Positions 10,410 to 20,570 of a DNA stretch of 64,000 bases are shown here, piece after piece. Position numbers and translations under genes: made by a program. Below the pieces are notes generated by a model. The model did no database searches. It was not told the DNA's origin and saw only the letters and a program-made list of their open reading frames with translations. Source of the stretch: Clostridia bacterium (GTDB lineage: Bacteria; Bacillota; Clostridia; Christensenellales; UBA1242); NCBI GenBank assembly GCA_017625505.1, contig JAGAKV010000011.1, positions 25,212 through 89,211 of the forward strand, written 5' to 3'. Position 1 is the stretch's first letter. Each line of letters begins with the position of its first letter.

Positions 10410-13400
10410 ATGAAAAAAACTAGAAATTTTACTAACAAAACATTCTTAAAACTCGCTGCTTTTTTATGTTTTCCATGCGCGCTTTTTGGCGGAGCTATGG
10501 TGTCAGCACCAAAAACAGCAAATGCAGAGCAAACATCATATTCATACAGCGAAGGCCACAGAGAGGCAAACAACGTAACAAACCCATCTTTTGTTGATGG
10601 CGCAAGACCTTTTGCTTCTGACAACGCATTAACTGGCTGGAGCGTTATTGAGCAAACAAAAGCTAAAGGTATGATTATCGATGTTGGAAACAAGATTGAG
10701 TCTGATGACAAAGAGATTGAAAATACAACCTTCTCAAACCATAAAGACACATACATGCTTGAAACAAATCCAGAAACAAAAGATAAGAATGACACAAGAA
10801 TTTTGATGATCAACTCTAAATCAAGTTCTTCTCAGAGAAATGTTGAGACAAGAAAAGGCTATAAATCAAGTACTCTATCTCTCAAAGCAAACTCTTATTA
10901 CGTTTTTTACGTTTCTGCAAAGACGATGCTTAACGGCGATTCATATGCACAAGCATCAATATATCTAAGCGGAATGAAAGATAAAGAAGGAAACGATCTT
11001 GCGTTTGAGAAAATTGAAAGCACAACTTGGGGAGATTATTATTTCTTCGTTGCGACTGGAGACAAAGACGCCGATGTAAACCTTCAACTCTATCTTGGCT
11101 CTAAAGACAGCGACAGTAGTGGTGTTGCCCTCTTTGACGCTACAAGTGTATACCGTTATAGCGAAAATGAGTTTTATGACTTATGCTATAATTATGGTTA
11201 TAAGGGACTGGACGAAAAAGTTGCCCTTTCAAATGGTCAAGCATCCTTCCTAGTAAATGAGAATAAAACAAAGGCAAACATCGTTGAAGAAACAGCAAAC
11301 TACAACTTCAATTTTGAAGATGAAACTGCCCTTTTCAATGACAACTGGACTTTACTTGCTCATCCAAACGGCACTGCACAGATTATCAACTATGCCGATT
11401 TTGCAGCAACAACGGGACTTCCAAGAATCGGAAATGACCTTTCATACGACAATAACCGCGCTCTTGTTATGCAAACAACAGCAAGCGATTATTCATCGTA
11501 CATTGGAATTAAGTCAAAAAACATTACAATTGCTCCACATGCGGCATATAAAGTAAGCCTTAAAGTCAAAATTGCCAACATGGAAAGCGGATCTTTCTAT
11601 CTTAAACTTACTGAAGGTGACTATATTTACAGCGTTTATTCAGATTTTGTAAGTGATGAAGAAAAAGATGACAACTACCTTGCTCTTAGCAGCGGCAAGA
11701 CAAATGGCATTACTTCAAACACCACTGATGTTTGGACAAACGATTATCAAACAATTGACTACTACGTGAAAGGTCACTCTCTCTACACTTCGAAAGTCAA
11801 TGTAGAACTTTGGCTTGGAGATAGCGAAACAAGTGCTGTTGGTTGCGTAGTTGTAGATGATATTCAAGTTGAAAGAGTTGCTGACAGCGAAATTGATAGC
11901 GCTGACTGCCTTACACTTAAATCAAACACTGAAGAAACTTCATTTACAAACGCCTCTTTTGATACAACAACCAACAGTGATGACAATCACAAATATCCAC
12001 TCACCGCTACCGGCTGGACAAATTCAAAAGAAAGCGACCTAAAATGTGAAGCAGGTGTTGTTTATCTTGACGAAAACATCTATGAGGGCGCCGCTGAATC
12101 AGTATACGACTTAATGTATGATAAAGCCACATACAACTGGGCAGGAATCAACCCTAAAAACGCTAACGGCAACGCTAAACCATCAAACGTTTATATGATG
12201 TTTAATAGAGAGGACTCATACCAAACACTTAAATCACCTTCTTTCTCATTAAACGGACAAGAATACTACAAAGTTTCATTCAAATACTACAACCAATTAT
12301 ATAAAACAACAACACCTTCATCAATCAGAGTTGAAGTTGTTGACTCAACAGGAATTATTCTCTTCTCTCAAGCAGGAATTTCATCGCTTGACGAGTGGGC
12401 ACAAATGGATATTTTCTTCCACACTGCAACCACAAAAGCTCACGAAATTTCTCTTAATATCTACTTTGGAGAGAGCTCTTCTCCTGCCCGAGGCCTTGTA
12501 TATCTTGACAACTTTGCTTGGACTAGTGCAACAGCTGATGAATTTGGTGCTGCTGCATACAAGACAGATATGACAGGCTTCTATACAAAACTTGATACTG
12601 TTTCTAGTGACGTAGCAACTGTTGTAGAATCTTCTGCTTATACTTTTAGTGCGACATCACACGACTCAAACTTCTCAAGTGCAAACTGTGGTTTTGGCGG
12701 AGTTGTAAGAGGCACTGATAATGCATACGGTATTACAAATGAAAAAGACAACTTCCTTGCACTGACATCTTATGGCGCTTCTACATTAAGTTTAAAATCA
12801 AAGTTCACTAAAGAATTTGAAGCTGACACTTACTACAAACTCACATTCTCTCTTGCAACAATCTTAGGAAAAGGCGAAACAACAGAGGATCATGACTGTA
12901 GCTATGGTGTAACAATCAAACTTGAAGGATATGGCGAAATTGCAAACCTTATTACTGACGGGGCACTTAAAGACTATACAATTTACTTTAAAGCAACTGA
13001 CAGCGCAACATCACCAACTCTTGAATTTATCTTAAATTCTGATTGTGATTTAACAACAGGCTCTGCCCTGCTTACAAACCTACTGCTTGAAAAGACCGAC
13101 GGTGACAGATACATCAAAGCACAAAACATCGCTGCTTATGGAGAAAGCGTGTTTACCTCTGAATATGAAGGCGTTGAAGACGACTTTGAAGAGCCAGATC
13201 TTGAAGATAAGGAAGATGAGCCAGTCGAAACAGAAAACACAACAAATTGGGGAATTATCGCATCTTCTCTCATCACTTCTCTTGCTGTAGTTATCGGAGT
13301 AATTGCCCTTGCATTTAGAAGCATCAAACTTAAAAAGATCAACAAAGTAAAAGCTTCTGCTTACGACAAGCGTTTAAATGAAAACCACGAACTTATAATG

Positions 13401-13724
13401 TCTCAAGCACAAAAGCTTCGCGATCAAGAAGTTGCAAACTTACAGGCTGCAAGAAAAGCTGTAGAAGAAGAAAAAGCAACAACAGAGCAAGAGCACAAAG
13501 AATTTATCCGCGTTCAAAGAGAAAAGGATAAAGGAAAGATTTCTAAAACTGTTGAAAAAGCATTTAAGCAATACACTTCTCGCATTGCAACTCTCAACGA
13601 AAAGATTAAGATTCTTAATGAGAAAATCGATTACGTTATGACAGCTGATCATCTCATTGAAATCGAAAGAAAAATCGTTGCAAATGAAGATGACAAAAAA
13701 TCTAAAAAGAGAAAATCAAAATAG
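10410..13724 (+). CDS. Giant surface protein: signal peptide, repeated beta-sandwich (CBM4_9/galactose-binding-like) modules, C-terminal TM helix and K/E-rich coiled-coil tail
   Basis: Signal peptide ...SAPKTANA. Recurrent module starts are N(P/F/A)SF(V/E/D)....W. The TM helix WGIIASSLITSLAVVIGVIALAF is followed by about 140 aa of charged heptad-like sequence. Confidence 0.75.
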   Translation: MKKTRNFTNKTFLKLAAFLCFPCALFGGAMVSAPKTANAEQTSYSYSEGHREANNVTNPSFVDGARPFASDNALTGWSVIEQTKAKGMIIDVGNKIESDDKEIENTTFSNHKDTYMLETNPETKDKNDTRILMINSKSSSSQRNVETRKGYKSSTLSLKANSYYVFYVSAKTMLNGDSYAQASIYLSGMKDKEGNDLAFEKIESTTWGDYYFFVATGDKDADVNLQLYLGSKDSDSSGVALFDATSVYRYSENEFYDLCYNYGYKGLDEKVALSNGQASFLVNENKTKANIVEETANYNFNFEDETALFNDNWTLLAHPNGTAQIINYADFAATTGLPRIGNDLSYDNNRALVMQTTASDYSSYIGIKSKNITIAPHAAYKVSLKVKIANMESGSFYLKLTEGDYIYSVYSDFVSDEEKDDNYLALSSGKTNGITSNTTDVWTNDYQTIDYYVKGHSLYTSKVNVELWLGDSETSAVGCVVVDDIQVERVADSEIDSADCLTLKSNTEETSFTNASFDTTTNSDDNHKYPLTATGWTNSKESDLKCEAGVVYLDENIYEGAAESVYDLMYDKATYNWAGINPKNANGNAKPSNVYMMFNREDSYQTLKSPSFSLNGQEYYKVSFKYYNQLYKTTTPSSIRVEVVDSTGIILFSQAGISSLDEWAQMDIFFHTATTKAHEISLNIYFGESSSPARGLVYLDNFAWTSATADEFGAAAYKTDMTGFYTKLDTVSSDVATVVESSAYTFSATSHDSNFSSANCGFGGVVRGTDNAYGITNEKDNFLALTSYGASTLSLKSKFTKEFEADTYYKLTFSLATILGKGETTEDHDCSYGVTIKLEGYGEIANLITDGALKDYTIYFKATDSATSPTLEFILNSDCDLTTGSALLTNLLLEKTDGDRYIKAQNIAAYGESVFTSEYEGVEDDFEEPDLEDKEDEPVETENTTNWGIIASSLITSLAVVIGVIALAFRSIKLKKINKVKASAYDKRLNENHELIMSQAQKLRDQEVANLQAARKAVEEEKATTEQEHKEFIRVQREKDKGKISKTVEKAFKQYTSRIATLNEKIKILNEKIDYVMTADHLIEIERKIVANEDDKKSKKRKSK

Positions 13725-13728
13725 AAAA

Positions 13729-13755
13729 ATAAGGGGTGCCTCCCCTTATTTTTAT
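13729..13755 (+). terminator. Rho-independent terminator
   Basis: ATAAGGGG/CCCCTTAT stem with a 5-nt loop, followed by TTTTT. Confidence 0.8.
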
Positions 13756-13779
13756 TTGCTAAGGTTATTGTGTGAGAAC

Positions 13780-13808
13780 AAAAAAAAGACGAGCATTCGT
13801 CTTTTTTT
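13780..13808. terminator. Bidirectional terminator hairpin
   Basis: AGACGA-GCAT-TCGTCT flanked by an A8 run upstream and a T7 run downstream. It sits between convergent genes. Confidence 0.7.
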
Positions 13809-13831
13809 GTTAGTAACAGATAGACAATAAA

Positions 13832-14377
13832 TTAGTCTTCGTCGTCATAATCCTCATCGTCATCATCGTCGAAATCTTCATCTTCAAAGTCGTCAAAATC
13901 ATCTTCGTCGTCATCTTTATCGTCTATATCTTCATCGTCTTCGTCGTCAAAGTCCTCGTCATCGAAGTCTTCATCAAAATCAATGGCGTCATTTTCGTCG
14001 AAATCAAGCCCTGCACCAATGTCATCTTCATCAAGCATGCTTGACTGTGTGATGTCATTCACAGATGTCATTTCTCCCATTTCATCATCCATTGTCATAA
14101 CGTCATCATCATCTTCACGATTCATATAGTCATCCCAGTCAGAAGTGAGTTCGCCGTCTTCATTTCTATGTTCCTTTAGGCAGCTTGTGCACATAATTTC
14201 ATCAGGTTGAATATAGTTTGTTTTGCAGATTGGGCAAAGTTCAAGATCATCAATATCATCTGTGTAATCCTTCTTTGCTTCCATTTCAGCCTTGCATACG
14301 CTGCAATATTTATCCTTTTTTTGAATGTAGTTGAGTTCACATCTTGGACATCTAACATATACAGGTTTTTTGCTCAT
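13832..14377 (-). CDS. Tandem zinc-ribbon protein with an extreme poly-acidic C-terminal tail
   Basis: There are two copies of CP.C..NYIQ(6-7)C..C (CPRCELNYIQ...CSVC and CPICKTNYIQ...CTSC). The following ~90 aa are dominated by D/E with periodic F. Confidence 0.7.
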   Translation of the reverse strand: MSKKPVYVRCPRCELNYIQKKDKYCSVCKAEMEAKKDYTDDIDDLELCPICKTNYIQPDEIMCTSCLKEHRNEDGELTSDWDDYMNREDDDDVMTMDDEMGEMTSVNDITQSSMLDEDDIGAGLDFDENDAIDFDEDFDDEDFDDEDDEDIDDKDDDEDDFDDFEDEDFDDDDDEDYDDED

Positions 14378-14462
14378 TTAATTTCTCCTTATTACCCTTT
14401 GTTTTTCTATTGACATTATACCGATATGAGAGGCAAAAGTCTATCAAAATTGACTATATTTT

Positions 14463-15101
14463 TTATTTTTTTTCTTTTTCTTCAAGCGCGGCTTCCGCCT
14501 GGCTCTTTCTTAAATATAATGGAAGCAGACAAGCGGCACAAATTAGCGGCTGTGAGCGAGATTTTTCGTTGGCAAGAGCCAGAAACTCTTCTGGCGTAGG
14601 TTTGATTTGTATCCCCTCTAAATTCTCTTCCTCTAGCGAAACCTTTTGAAGTTGATTCGTCTCAAGGTCAGCCTTCGTCACCATTTTCTCATCGCCAATT
14701 TGGTTTCCACTGCAGTCAAACTCACATATGAAGTAATATCCACTTAATCCGTTTATTATGCATAGAAAGTTTTCGCTAGGCTTGAAATTTTTAATATAAC
14801 TATATGCCATAAGTGCAAATGTGGTGAGCGGCAATGTGTTTGCTTCATTATTTCCCGCCAGCAGGCCTTTAACAAGCGAAGTTGCAATCCGAAGCCCTGT
14901 AAACGAGCCCGGCCCAACAATCACTGCAAAAGTCTCCTTTTGAAGGTCCACTTTCTCATCAATTTCTTCCAACGCGTCATCAAGAGATGGAAGCAAATTT
15001 TCTGAATGTTTGCAATTTGCATCCAAAGTTCTAAATGCGCGTTTCCCATTGATCTCAACCGCCACCAGTGCCTGCTTATATGCAGATGAAAGTGCTATCA
15101 T
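14463..15101 (-). CDS. tsaB: tRNA t6A37 biosynthesis protein TsaB
   Basis: GPGSFTGLRI motif, 212 aa, and a 4-bp overlap with the upstream tsaE. Confidence 0.85.
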   Translation of the reverse strand: MIALSSAYKQALVAVEINGKRAFRTLDANCKHSENLLPSLDDALEEIDEKVDLQKETFAVIVGPGSFTGLRIATSLVKGLLAGNNEANTLPLTTFALMAYSYIKNFKPSENFLCIINGLSGYYFICEFDCSGNQIGDEKMVTKADLETNQLQKVSLEEENLEGIQIKPTPEEFLALANEKSRSQPLICAACLLPLYLRKSQAEAALEEKEKK

Positions 15102-15550
15102 TTTTCTTCTCCAACAATATTTGACAAAGTGATCTTACGTTGACACTCGTCAAGTTTTTCAATTTTAATCTCAATGTGAGGGCAAGTTATCAGCCCCTCC
15201 ACTTGACTTGGCCACTCTACCAGCACAATTCCGTCAAGCGAAGAAAGGTCAAAATATTCATCAAATCCAAGTTCCTGCGCTTCTTCTACTGAGTTTAATC
15301 TGTACATATCGAAATGATAAACGGGAACTTTTCCTCCCTCATAGACATTTAAAAGAGTAAAAGTTGGGCTTGTAACAAGCTCGTTACATTCAAGGCCTTT
15401 TACAAAACCTTTAACAAAATGGGTTTTGCCAGCTCCTAAATCGCCAACAAGAGTAAATACAACCCCTTTGCCTACAGTCTTTGCAAGCGCGCCGCCTACT
15501 GCCATTGTTTCTTGCTCATTTTTCGTGACAACTGAAAAAAGTTCTTTCAT
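15098..15550 (-). CDS. tsaE: tRNA t6A37 biosynthesis ATPase TsaE
   Basis: Walker A GDLGAGKT, SPTFTL and HFDMYR motifs, 150 aa. Confidence 0.85.
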   Translation of the reverse strand: MKELFSVVTKNEQETMAVGGALAKTVGKGVVFTLVGDLGAGKTHFVKGFVKGLECNELVTSPTFTLLNVYEGGKVPVYHFDMYRLNSVEEAQELGFDEYFDLSSLDGIVLVEWPSQVEGLITCPHIEIKIEKLDECQRKITLSNIVGEEK

Positions 15551-15558
15551 TTGTTCTC

Positions 15559-16128
15559 CTATTTCCTTCTTTTTCTTTTATCGAGATAAGTATACACATA
15601 AATACCAATAATTGCAACCGTTATTCCAAAAATTATTCCAACAATTGTATCTGAAAGATAGTGAACGCCCAAAACCATGCGCGAAAATGCGATTAAAAAT
15701 GTAAGAAGTGATAGCGCCACACCTCCACAAGCACGCGTCCACTTATTTTTAACCTGACTTTTTAGATGATAGATCAAAAAGGTTGCAAACATTGCTCCGC
15801 ACACACTATGCCCCGACGGAAAACCAAAGCCATCTTCATTGCCATAATTTTGAATAAACGAATAGGTGTCAAACGGGCGCGCTCTACAGACAATGTTTTT
15901 GAGCGCGAAATTTGCTAGCGCGCCAACAACAAATGTAAAGGCGAAAACAATAGCAAGCTTCTTATTTTTAATAAAAATGATTATAAAGGCTATACAAAAG
16001 CCAAGATAGCTTCCAAGCATGGTTATCGCCTGAAAAAATGTTATCCACCTTGTGCCCACGTTCATCTGTAAAAATTCGATTATTTTAGCCTCAAATTCCA
16101 TATGTTTATAGTGTATCAAAAATGTCAA
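15559..16128 (-). CDS. PAP2-family membrane phosphatase
   Basis: PAP2 motifs KNIVCRARP, PSGHS and SRMVLGVHYLSD, with multiple TM helices. Confidence 0.8.
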   Translation of the reverse strand: MTFLIHYKHMEFEAKIIEFLQMNVGTRWITFFQAITMLGSYLGFCIAFIIIFIKNKKLAIVFAFTFVVGALANFALKNIVCRARPFDTYSFIQNYGNEDGFGFPSGHSVCGAMFATFLIYHLKSQVKNKWTRACGGVALSLLTFLIAFSRMVLGVHYLSDTIVGIIFGITVAIIGIYVYTYLDKRKRRK

Positions 16129-16160
16129 AAAAAAACAACAGAATTTAATTCTATCGTTTT

Positions 16161-16760
16161 TTATTTTAATGAGATTATCGCATAACCGTCTTCTATTTCA
16201 AATATTGATGTGTCAAAGTCTGCGTCACGCTGCACTTCATCTAAAAATGCTTGCATATTTCGCACCATTGTACGATTTTTATGCGTAACCAGTTCTTCGT
16301 GACCCACAAGACCATGCAGCCCAACATTATCTGCAAAAATTGTCCCATTTGCAGCAAGCAGGCGCTTTATGATTGGAAGATATTTAATATACTGCCCCTT
16401 AGGACCGTCTAAAAAGACCAACTCAAACTTTTCGCCCCGCAAGTCAAGGTTCTGCAAAACGTCCATTGCATCTCCGTTTAAAAGGGATACTTGGCCACTT
16501 ACGCCTGCCTTTTCAAAATTTGTTTGAGCCTGCTGATAGCGCTGCTCATTTTTCTCGATTGTAGTAATATGGCAATCGCACTTAGCAAGCATGTTAAGCG
16601 CAGAATAACCAACCGCCGTGCCAATTTCTAGCACTTTGCTTGGCTTAAGCTCTGCAACAAGGTTTTTTAGTGCTTCCAGCGTTTGATCCCGTACAATAGG
16701 CACAAAATTTGCTTTTGCATCTGCCTTAATTTGCGCTATTATCTGTTCTAATCTATCCAT
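16161..16760 (-). CDS. Class I SAM-dependent O-methyltransferase (family 3, YrrM/TrmR-like)
   Basis: VLEIGTAVGYS SAM-binding motif, FLDGPK, 199 aa. Confidence 0.75.
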   Translation of the reverse strand: MDRLEQIIAQIKADAKANFVPIVRDQTLEALKNLVAELKPSKVLEIGTAVGYSALNMLAKCDCHITTIEKNEQRYQQAQTNFEKAGVSGQVSLLNGDAMDVLQNLDLRGEKFELVFLDGPKGQYIKYLPIIKRLLAANGTIFADNVGLHGLVGHEELVTHKNRTMVRNMQAFLDEVQRDADFDTSIFEIEDGYAIISLK

Positions 16761-16765
16761 ACTAT

Positions 16766-18424
16766 TTAATCCAAAGTCACAATTGTAAGAATCATTGGTC
16801 TACGCTTTGTACGCTTAAAAATAAAGTTTGACACGTTACGTCTTAATGATGAGCGGATCATTGAAGGCTCTACGCCGCGCAGGTCACTTTCTTTTAGTGA
16901 GGCAATTATGCATGCTTTAGCATCCTGCACAAAGCTTTCTTGTTCATCAGCATAAACCACACCGCGTGTGATGATAAATGGTTCTCCAGTGATTTCTCCC
17001 TTAATGTTGTTGATATTGACACAAACGACGCAAATGCCATCTTCTGAAAGTTGTTTACGTTCGCGCAGAACATTGCTGTCCATGTCGCCAATTCCAATAC
17101 CGTCAACAAGTCGTTGACCTGCTTTGACAAGTTTGCCCTCTTTAATTGAATTTGCACCCAGCTCTATCTGCATGCCAATACATGGCAGAAGGACGTTGCG
17201 TTCATCCATTCCGAGTTTTACAGCAAGCTCTTTATGAGTCTTCATGTGCCTATATTCGCCATGCACTGGGATAAAGAATTTTGGTTTTACAAGGCTGTGC
17301 ATAAGTTTAAGTTCTTCCTGACAAGCGTGTCCCGAAGTGTGAACATCGGCAAGCTCATCATAGATTACATCCGCACCCAGTTTGTAAAGTGCGTTGATTA
17401 CGTTGTATACATTCTTTTCATTGCCTGGAATTGGAGAGGCTGACAAAATCACAAGGTCGTTTTGTTTGATTTTTAAGTTTTTAAACTCACCTGATGCCAT
17501 TCTTGTAAGTGCACTCATTGGCTCGCCTTGGCTTCCAGTGGTCATGATAAGCACTTCTTTATCTGCCATTTTATCAACTTTTTCGATGTCAATAATGTTG
17601 TCACGGTTAAACTTAAGTTCTCCAAGTTTCAGCGCAACCTCGCTTACATTAATCATGCTTCTTCCAGTAAAGGCAATTTTTCTGCCATACTTTTCTGCAA
17701 TGTCCATAATCTGTTGCATTCTGTGAATATTTGATGCAAACGTTGCCACAATGATTCTTTGCTCTGGATGTCCCTTAATAAGTCCGTCAAGGGTTTCTCC
17801 CACCCTTTTTTCACTCATTGAATAGCCCTTTCTGCAAACGTTTGTGCTTTCGCAAAGAAGAAGCTGAACGCCTTTACGTCCAATTTCGCCCAATCTTGAA
17901 AGGTCGGTCATTTGACCATCGATTGGCTCGTAGTCAATTTTAAAGTCGCCCGTATGAACAATTGTTCCAACAGGTGTTGTAATTGAGAATGCCAGTGCCC
18001 CTGCGATTGAGTGGCTCACCTTTACAAATTCAATCACATAAGAGCCAAGTTTAAGCACGTTTCTTGGTTTTACCGCAACCCCCTTAAACTTAACCTTTGG
18101 ATGCTCTTTAAGTTTGTTTTCGACGAGAGCAAGCGTAAGTCTTGACCCATACACTGGAACTTGAATTTGCTCTAATAAGAATGGAACTGCACCAATGTGG
18201 TCTTCATGGCCGTGTGTGAGAAGCAGCGCTTTGATCTTTGCTTTGTTTTCAACTAAGTAACTCATATCAGGAATAACAATATCAACGCCCGGCAAATCTT
18301 CGCCTGGGAATGTAAGTCCCGCATCGATGAGAATGATTTCATCATTATACTCAAGTGCGGTCATGTTTTTTCCGATTTCTCCCACTCCTCCTAAAAATGT
18401 TATTTTTAATTTATCGTTTTTCAC
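16766..18424 (-). CDS. rnj: Ribonuclease J
   Basis: Metallo-beta-lactamase/beta-CASP protein of 552 aa, with LGGVGEIGKNM and the HGHEDHIGA motif. Confidence 0.9.
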   Translation of the reverse strand: MKNDKLKITFLGGVGEIGKNMTALEYNDEIILIDAGLTFPGEDLPGVDIVIPDMSYLVENKAKIKALLLTHGHEDHIGAVPFLLEQIQVPVYGSRLTLALVENKLKEHPKVKFKGVAVKPRNVLKLGSYVIEFVKVSHSIAGALAFSITTPVGTIVHTGDFKIDYEPIDGQMTDLSRLGEIGRKGVQLLLCESTNVCRKGYSMSEKRVGETLDGLIKGHPEQRIIVATFASNIHRMQQIMDIAEKYGRKIAFTGRSMINVSEVALKLGELKFNRDNIIDIEKVDKMADKEVLIMTTGSQGEPMSALTRMASGEFKNLKIKQNDLVILSASPIPGNEKNVYNVINALYKLGADVIYDELADVHTSGHACQEELKLMHSLVKPKFFIPVHGEYRHMKTHKELAVKLGMDERNVLLPCIGMQIELGANSIKEGKLVKAGQRLVDGIGIGDMDSNVLRERKQLSEDGICVVCVNINNIKGEITGEPFIITRGVVYADEQESFVQDAKACIIASLKESDLRGVEPSMIRSSLRRNVSNFIFKRTKRRPMILTIVTLD

Positions 18425-18543
18425 TTTTTTCTCCTTTTTTAAATTATTATTTTTATTATTTTTTCAACACAAAAGCAAGCGTTTGATGATGCCTTGAAGG
18501 CAGAACGCCGCATTACTTTTTGTATTTTTTTGTCAATTTTATA

Positions 18544-19470
18544 TTACAACAAATATTTAATATCTTCAATTTTGTCATTTTCTTCCAACTTCTTTGGAGA
18601 GAAAATGGTTTGTCCATCTACATAAAATCTCATTCCTTGGCTTTGGAAGAATGCTGTCATTTCAAAGATATATAAGAGAGGTGAAATGATTGGCACAATT
18701 ATAATGATTGAATATGCACCAAGAACCAAAGATAAAACAATTGCAAGCAGATAGATTATAAGTGCTGTTGAAAATGTTGCAAGCACCTTTCTAGCAACAG
18801 CGCGAACTCCGATTGCGTATGATTTGAAAATATTTGAGTTGTAAACTACTCTTGCTGGCGCCCAGCCTGCATTAACAGTTTGCTTAAATGCACAAACAAG
18901 AGAAATTGCAATGACAAAAACGAATGGGAACAATACTTCAAGCCCTGTGAAGTCGATTCTTGTAAGCCCCCATACAGCAAGTGCAATGATAAAATTAAGT
19001 GGAAGAGAGTAAACAAGTTTTACCGCAGCATAAGGGAGTGACAGTCGAAGAGTCTTGAGAGCCGTACCTGTAAAACTTTGTTTTTGACATGCCGACATAT
19101 ATCCATAAGAAAGCTCGCACATTACAATTTTGCCCACATTAAACAGGAAAGGCAAAAGAATGAATATTATAAAGCAGAAAAATACGCCTATCCCTACATT
19201 TGAGACAAACATAATGCTAAAAAATGCAAGTACGAAATTTACCACAGTTGTAAGAGCGGTTGGAAAGCTTGCGCCATACAAAGTCCCCGACTGAAACACC
19301 CCTGGAAGATTCACCTGCGCAGAAGCAATGTTTATAAAATCAATATACTGACCTGCAAAAATAGCAAGCAGTCCGCCACAAAGTGCAATACAAATAATGT
19401 GATAAACAAGAAGTTTCCACGCATCTGTAAAATTTGCACATAAAAGTTTTATTGAATTTTTAAATGTCAT
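18544..19470 (-). CDS. Polytopic membrane protein of unknown function
   Basis: 308-aa ORF with about 7 hydrophobic helices. I recognised no family. Confidence 0.5.
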   Translation of the reverse strand: MTFKNSIKLLCANFTDAWKLLVYHIICIALCGGLLAIFAGQYIDFINIASAQVNLPGVFQSGTLYGASFPTALTTVVNFVLAFFSIMFVSNVGIGVFFCFIIFILLPFLFNVGKIVMCELSYGYMSACQKQSFTGTALKTLRLSLPYAAVKLVYSLPLNFIIALAVWGLTRIDFTGLEVLFPFVFVIAISLVCAFKQTVNAGWAPARVVYNSNIFKSYAIGVRAVARKVLATFSTALIIYLLAIVLSLVLGAYSIIIIVPIISPLLYIFEMTAFFQSQGMRFYVDGQTIFSPKKLEENDKIEDIKYLL

Positions 19471-19576
19471 ATTCTATTCCCAAATAATTTATATCTTTTT
19501 TTGCTATTATAATTATACAATATAAAAAAGAATTTGGCAAGAGATTTTCATGCCAAATTTTGAGAATATTTAAATT

Positions 19577-20044
19577 TTAACCGTGATTTACTGCAAGAAT
19601 TTTGTAAGTAATATCACCTGCGTCCATTTTAACAGTCACTCTTTCGCCAACTTTATGTCCTACAAGTGCAGATCCTACCGGTGAATTGTTGCTGATAATT
19701 CCTTTTGCAGGGTCACTTTCTGTTGAGCCAAGAATTTTCAGCCAAAGTTCTTCATCAAACTCTTCATCATAAACTTTGATTGAAGAACCAATTCCTACAA
19801 CGCCATCTTCTTCGTTTGATTCAATAATTTTGCAGTTGAGAAGGATGTCCTCCATTTGTTTGATTTCAGCTTCAATATTGCCCTGTTCTTCTTTTGCAGC
19901 GTCATATTCAGCGTTTTCTGATAGGTCACCAAATTCTCTAGCGATTGCAATCTTTTGCGCTACTTCAACTCTTCTTGTAGATTTATAATAAGCGAGTTTT
20001 TCCTCTAACTGTTTTTTCCCTTCTGGTGTTAAAAAATGTGTCAT
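19577..20044 (-). CDS. greA: Transcription elongation factor GreA
   Basis: N-terminal coiled-coil with REFGDLSENAEYDAAKEEQ and a C-terminal FKBP-like domain, 155 aa. Confidence 0.9.
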   Translation of the reverse strand: MTHFLTPEGKKQLEEKLAYYKSTRRVEVAQKIAIAREFGDLSENAEYDAAKEEQGNIEAEIKQMEDILLNCKIIESNEEDGVVGIGSSIKVYDEEFDEELWLKILGSTESDPAKGIISNNSPVGSALVGHKVGERVTVKMDAGDITYKILAVNHG

Positions 20045-20159
20045 GTCGATCTCCTTTTTAAGTCCTTATTATATTCATTTAAAAAGCAAAAGTCAAATGT
20101 TTTTCAATATTTGTATAAAAATTTATTTTGTTGCAAACAACTACTACAAGGAGAAAATT

Positions 20160-20570
20160 ATGCTTACAATTATCGCATTTATTCTCAGCATTGCTGGTTG
20201 CATCAACTGGCTGCTGATTGGACTTTTGCAATATGATTTTGTTGCTGGAATTTTTGGACTTCAATCCAGCATCTTTTCGCGTATCATTTACATCATAATT
20301 GGCGCCGCCAGTGTTTTTCTTGTGTTTAAACTTATTAAAAATAAGGGATCTCTTCCTGTGTTTACTTGGCGCAACAAGAAGGACTTGTCAAAAAATATTG
20401 CCAAAATGACGCATAAGAAGGATACTACTGAAGAGCGTTTTGCCCGCTCAAACACCGAATCATCTGAAGAGCTTGATCTTTCTAAATTTGAAAGCAACAA
20501 CCGAGATGATCTTCGCGAAAAAAAAGAGCCAAAGGGCTTGTTTGACGAGCATTTTGAGGAGCGGAAGTAA
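20160..20570 (+). CDS. DUF378-like small membrane protein with a charged C-terminal tail
   Basis: I moved the start to ATG 20160 behind AAGGAGA. The protein has two TM helices (LSIAGCINWLLIGLLQYDFVAGIFG...), typical of DUF378. Confidence 0.65.
   Translation: MLTIIAFILSIAGCINWLLIGLLQYDFVAGIFGLQSSIFSRIIYIIIGAASVFLVFKLIKNKGSLPVFTWRNKKDLSKNIAKMTHKKDTTEERFARSNTESSEELDLSKFESNNRDDLREKKEPKGLFDEHFEERK

Noticed and set aside
10331-10813. ORF of 160 aa on the minus strand overlapping the promoter and 5' end of the 1104-aa surface protein gene.
   Set aside because: It is antisense to a gene with a consensus promoter, an RBS and a signal peptide. No RBS of its own is visible.
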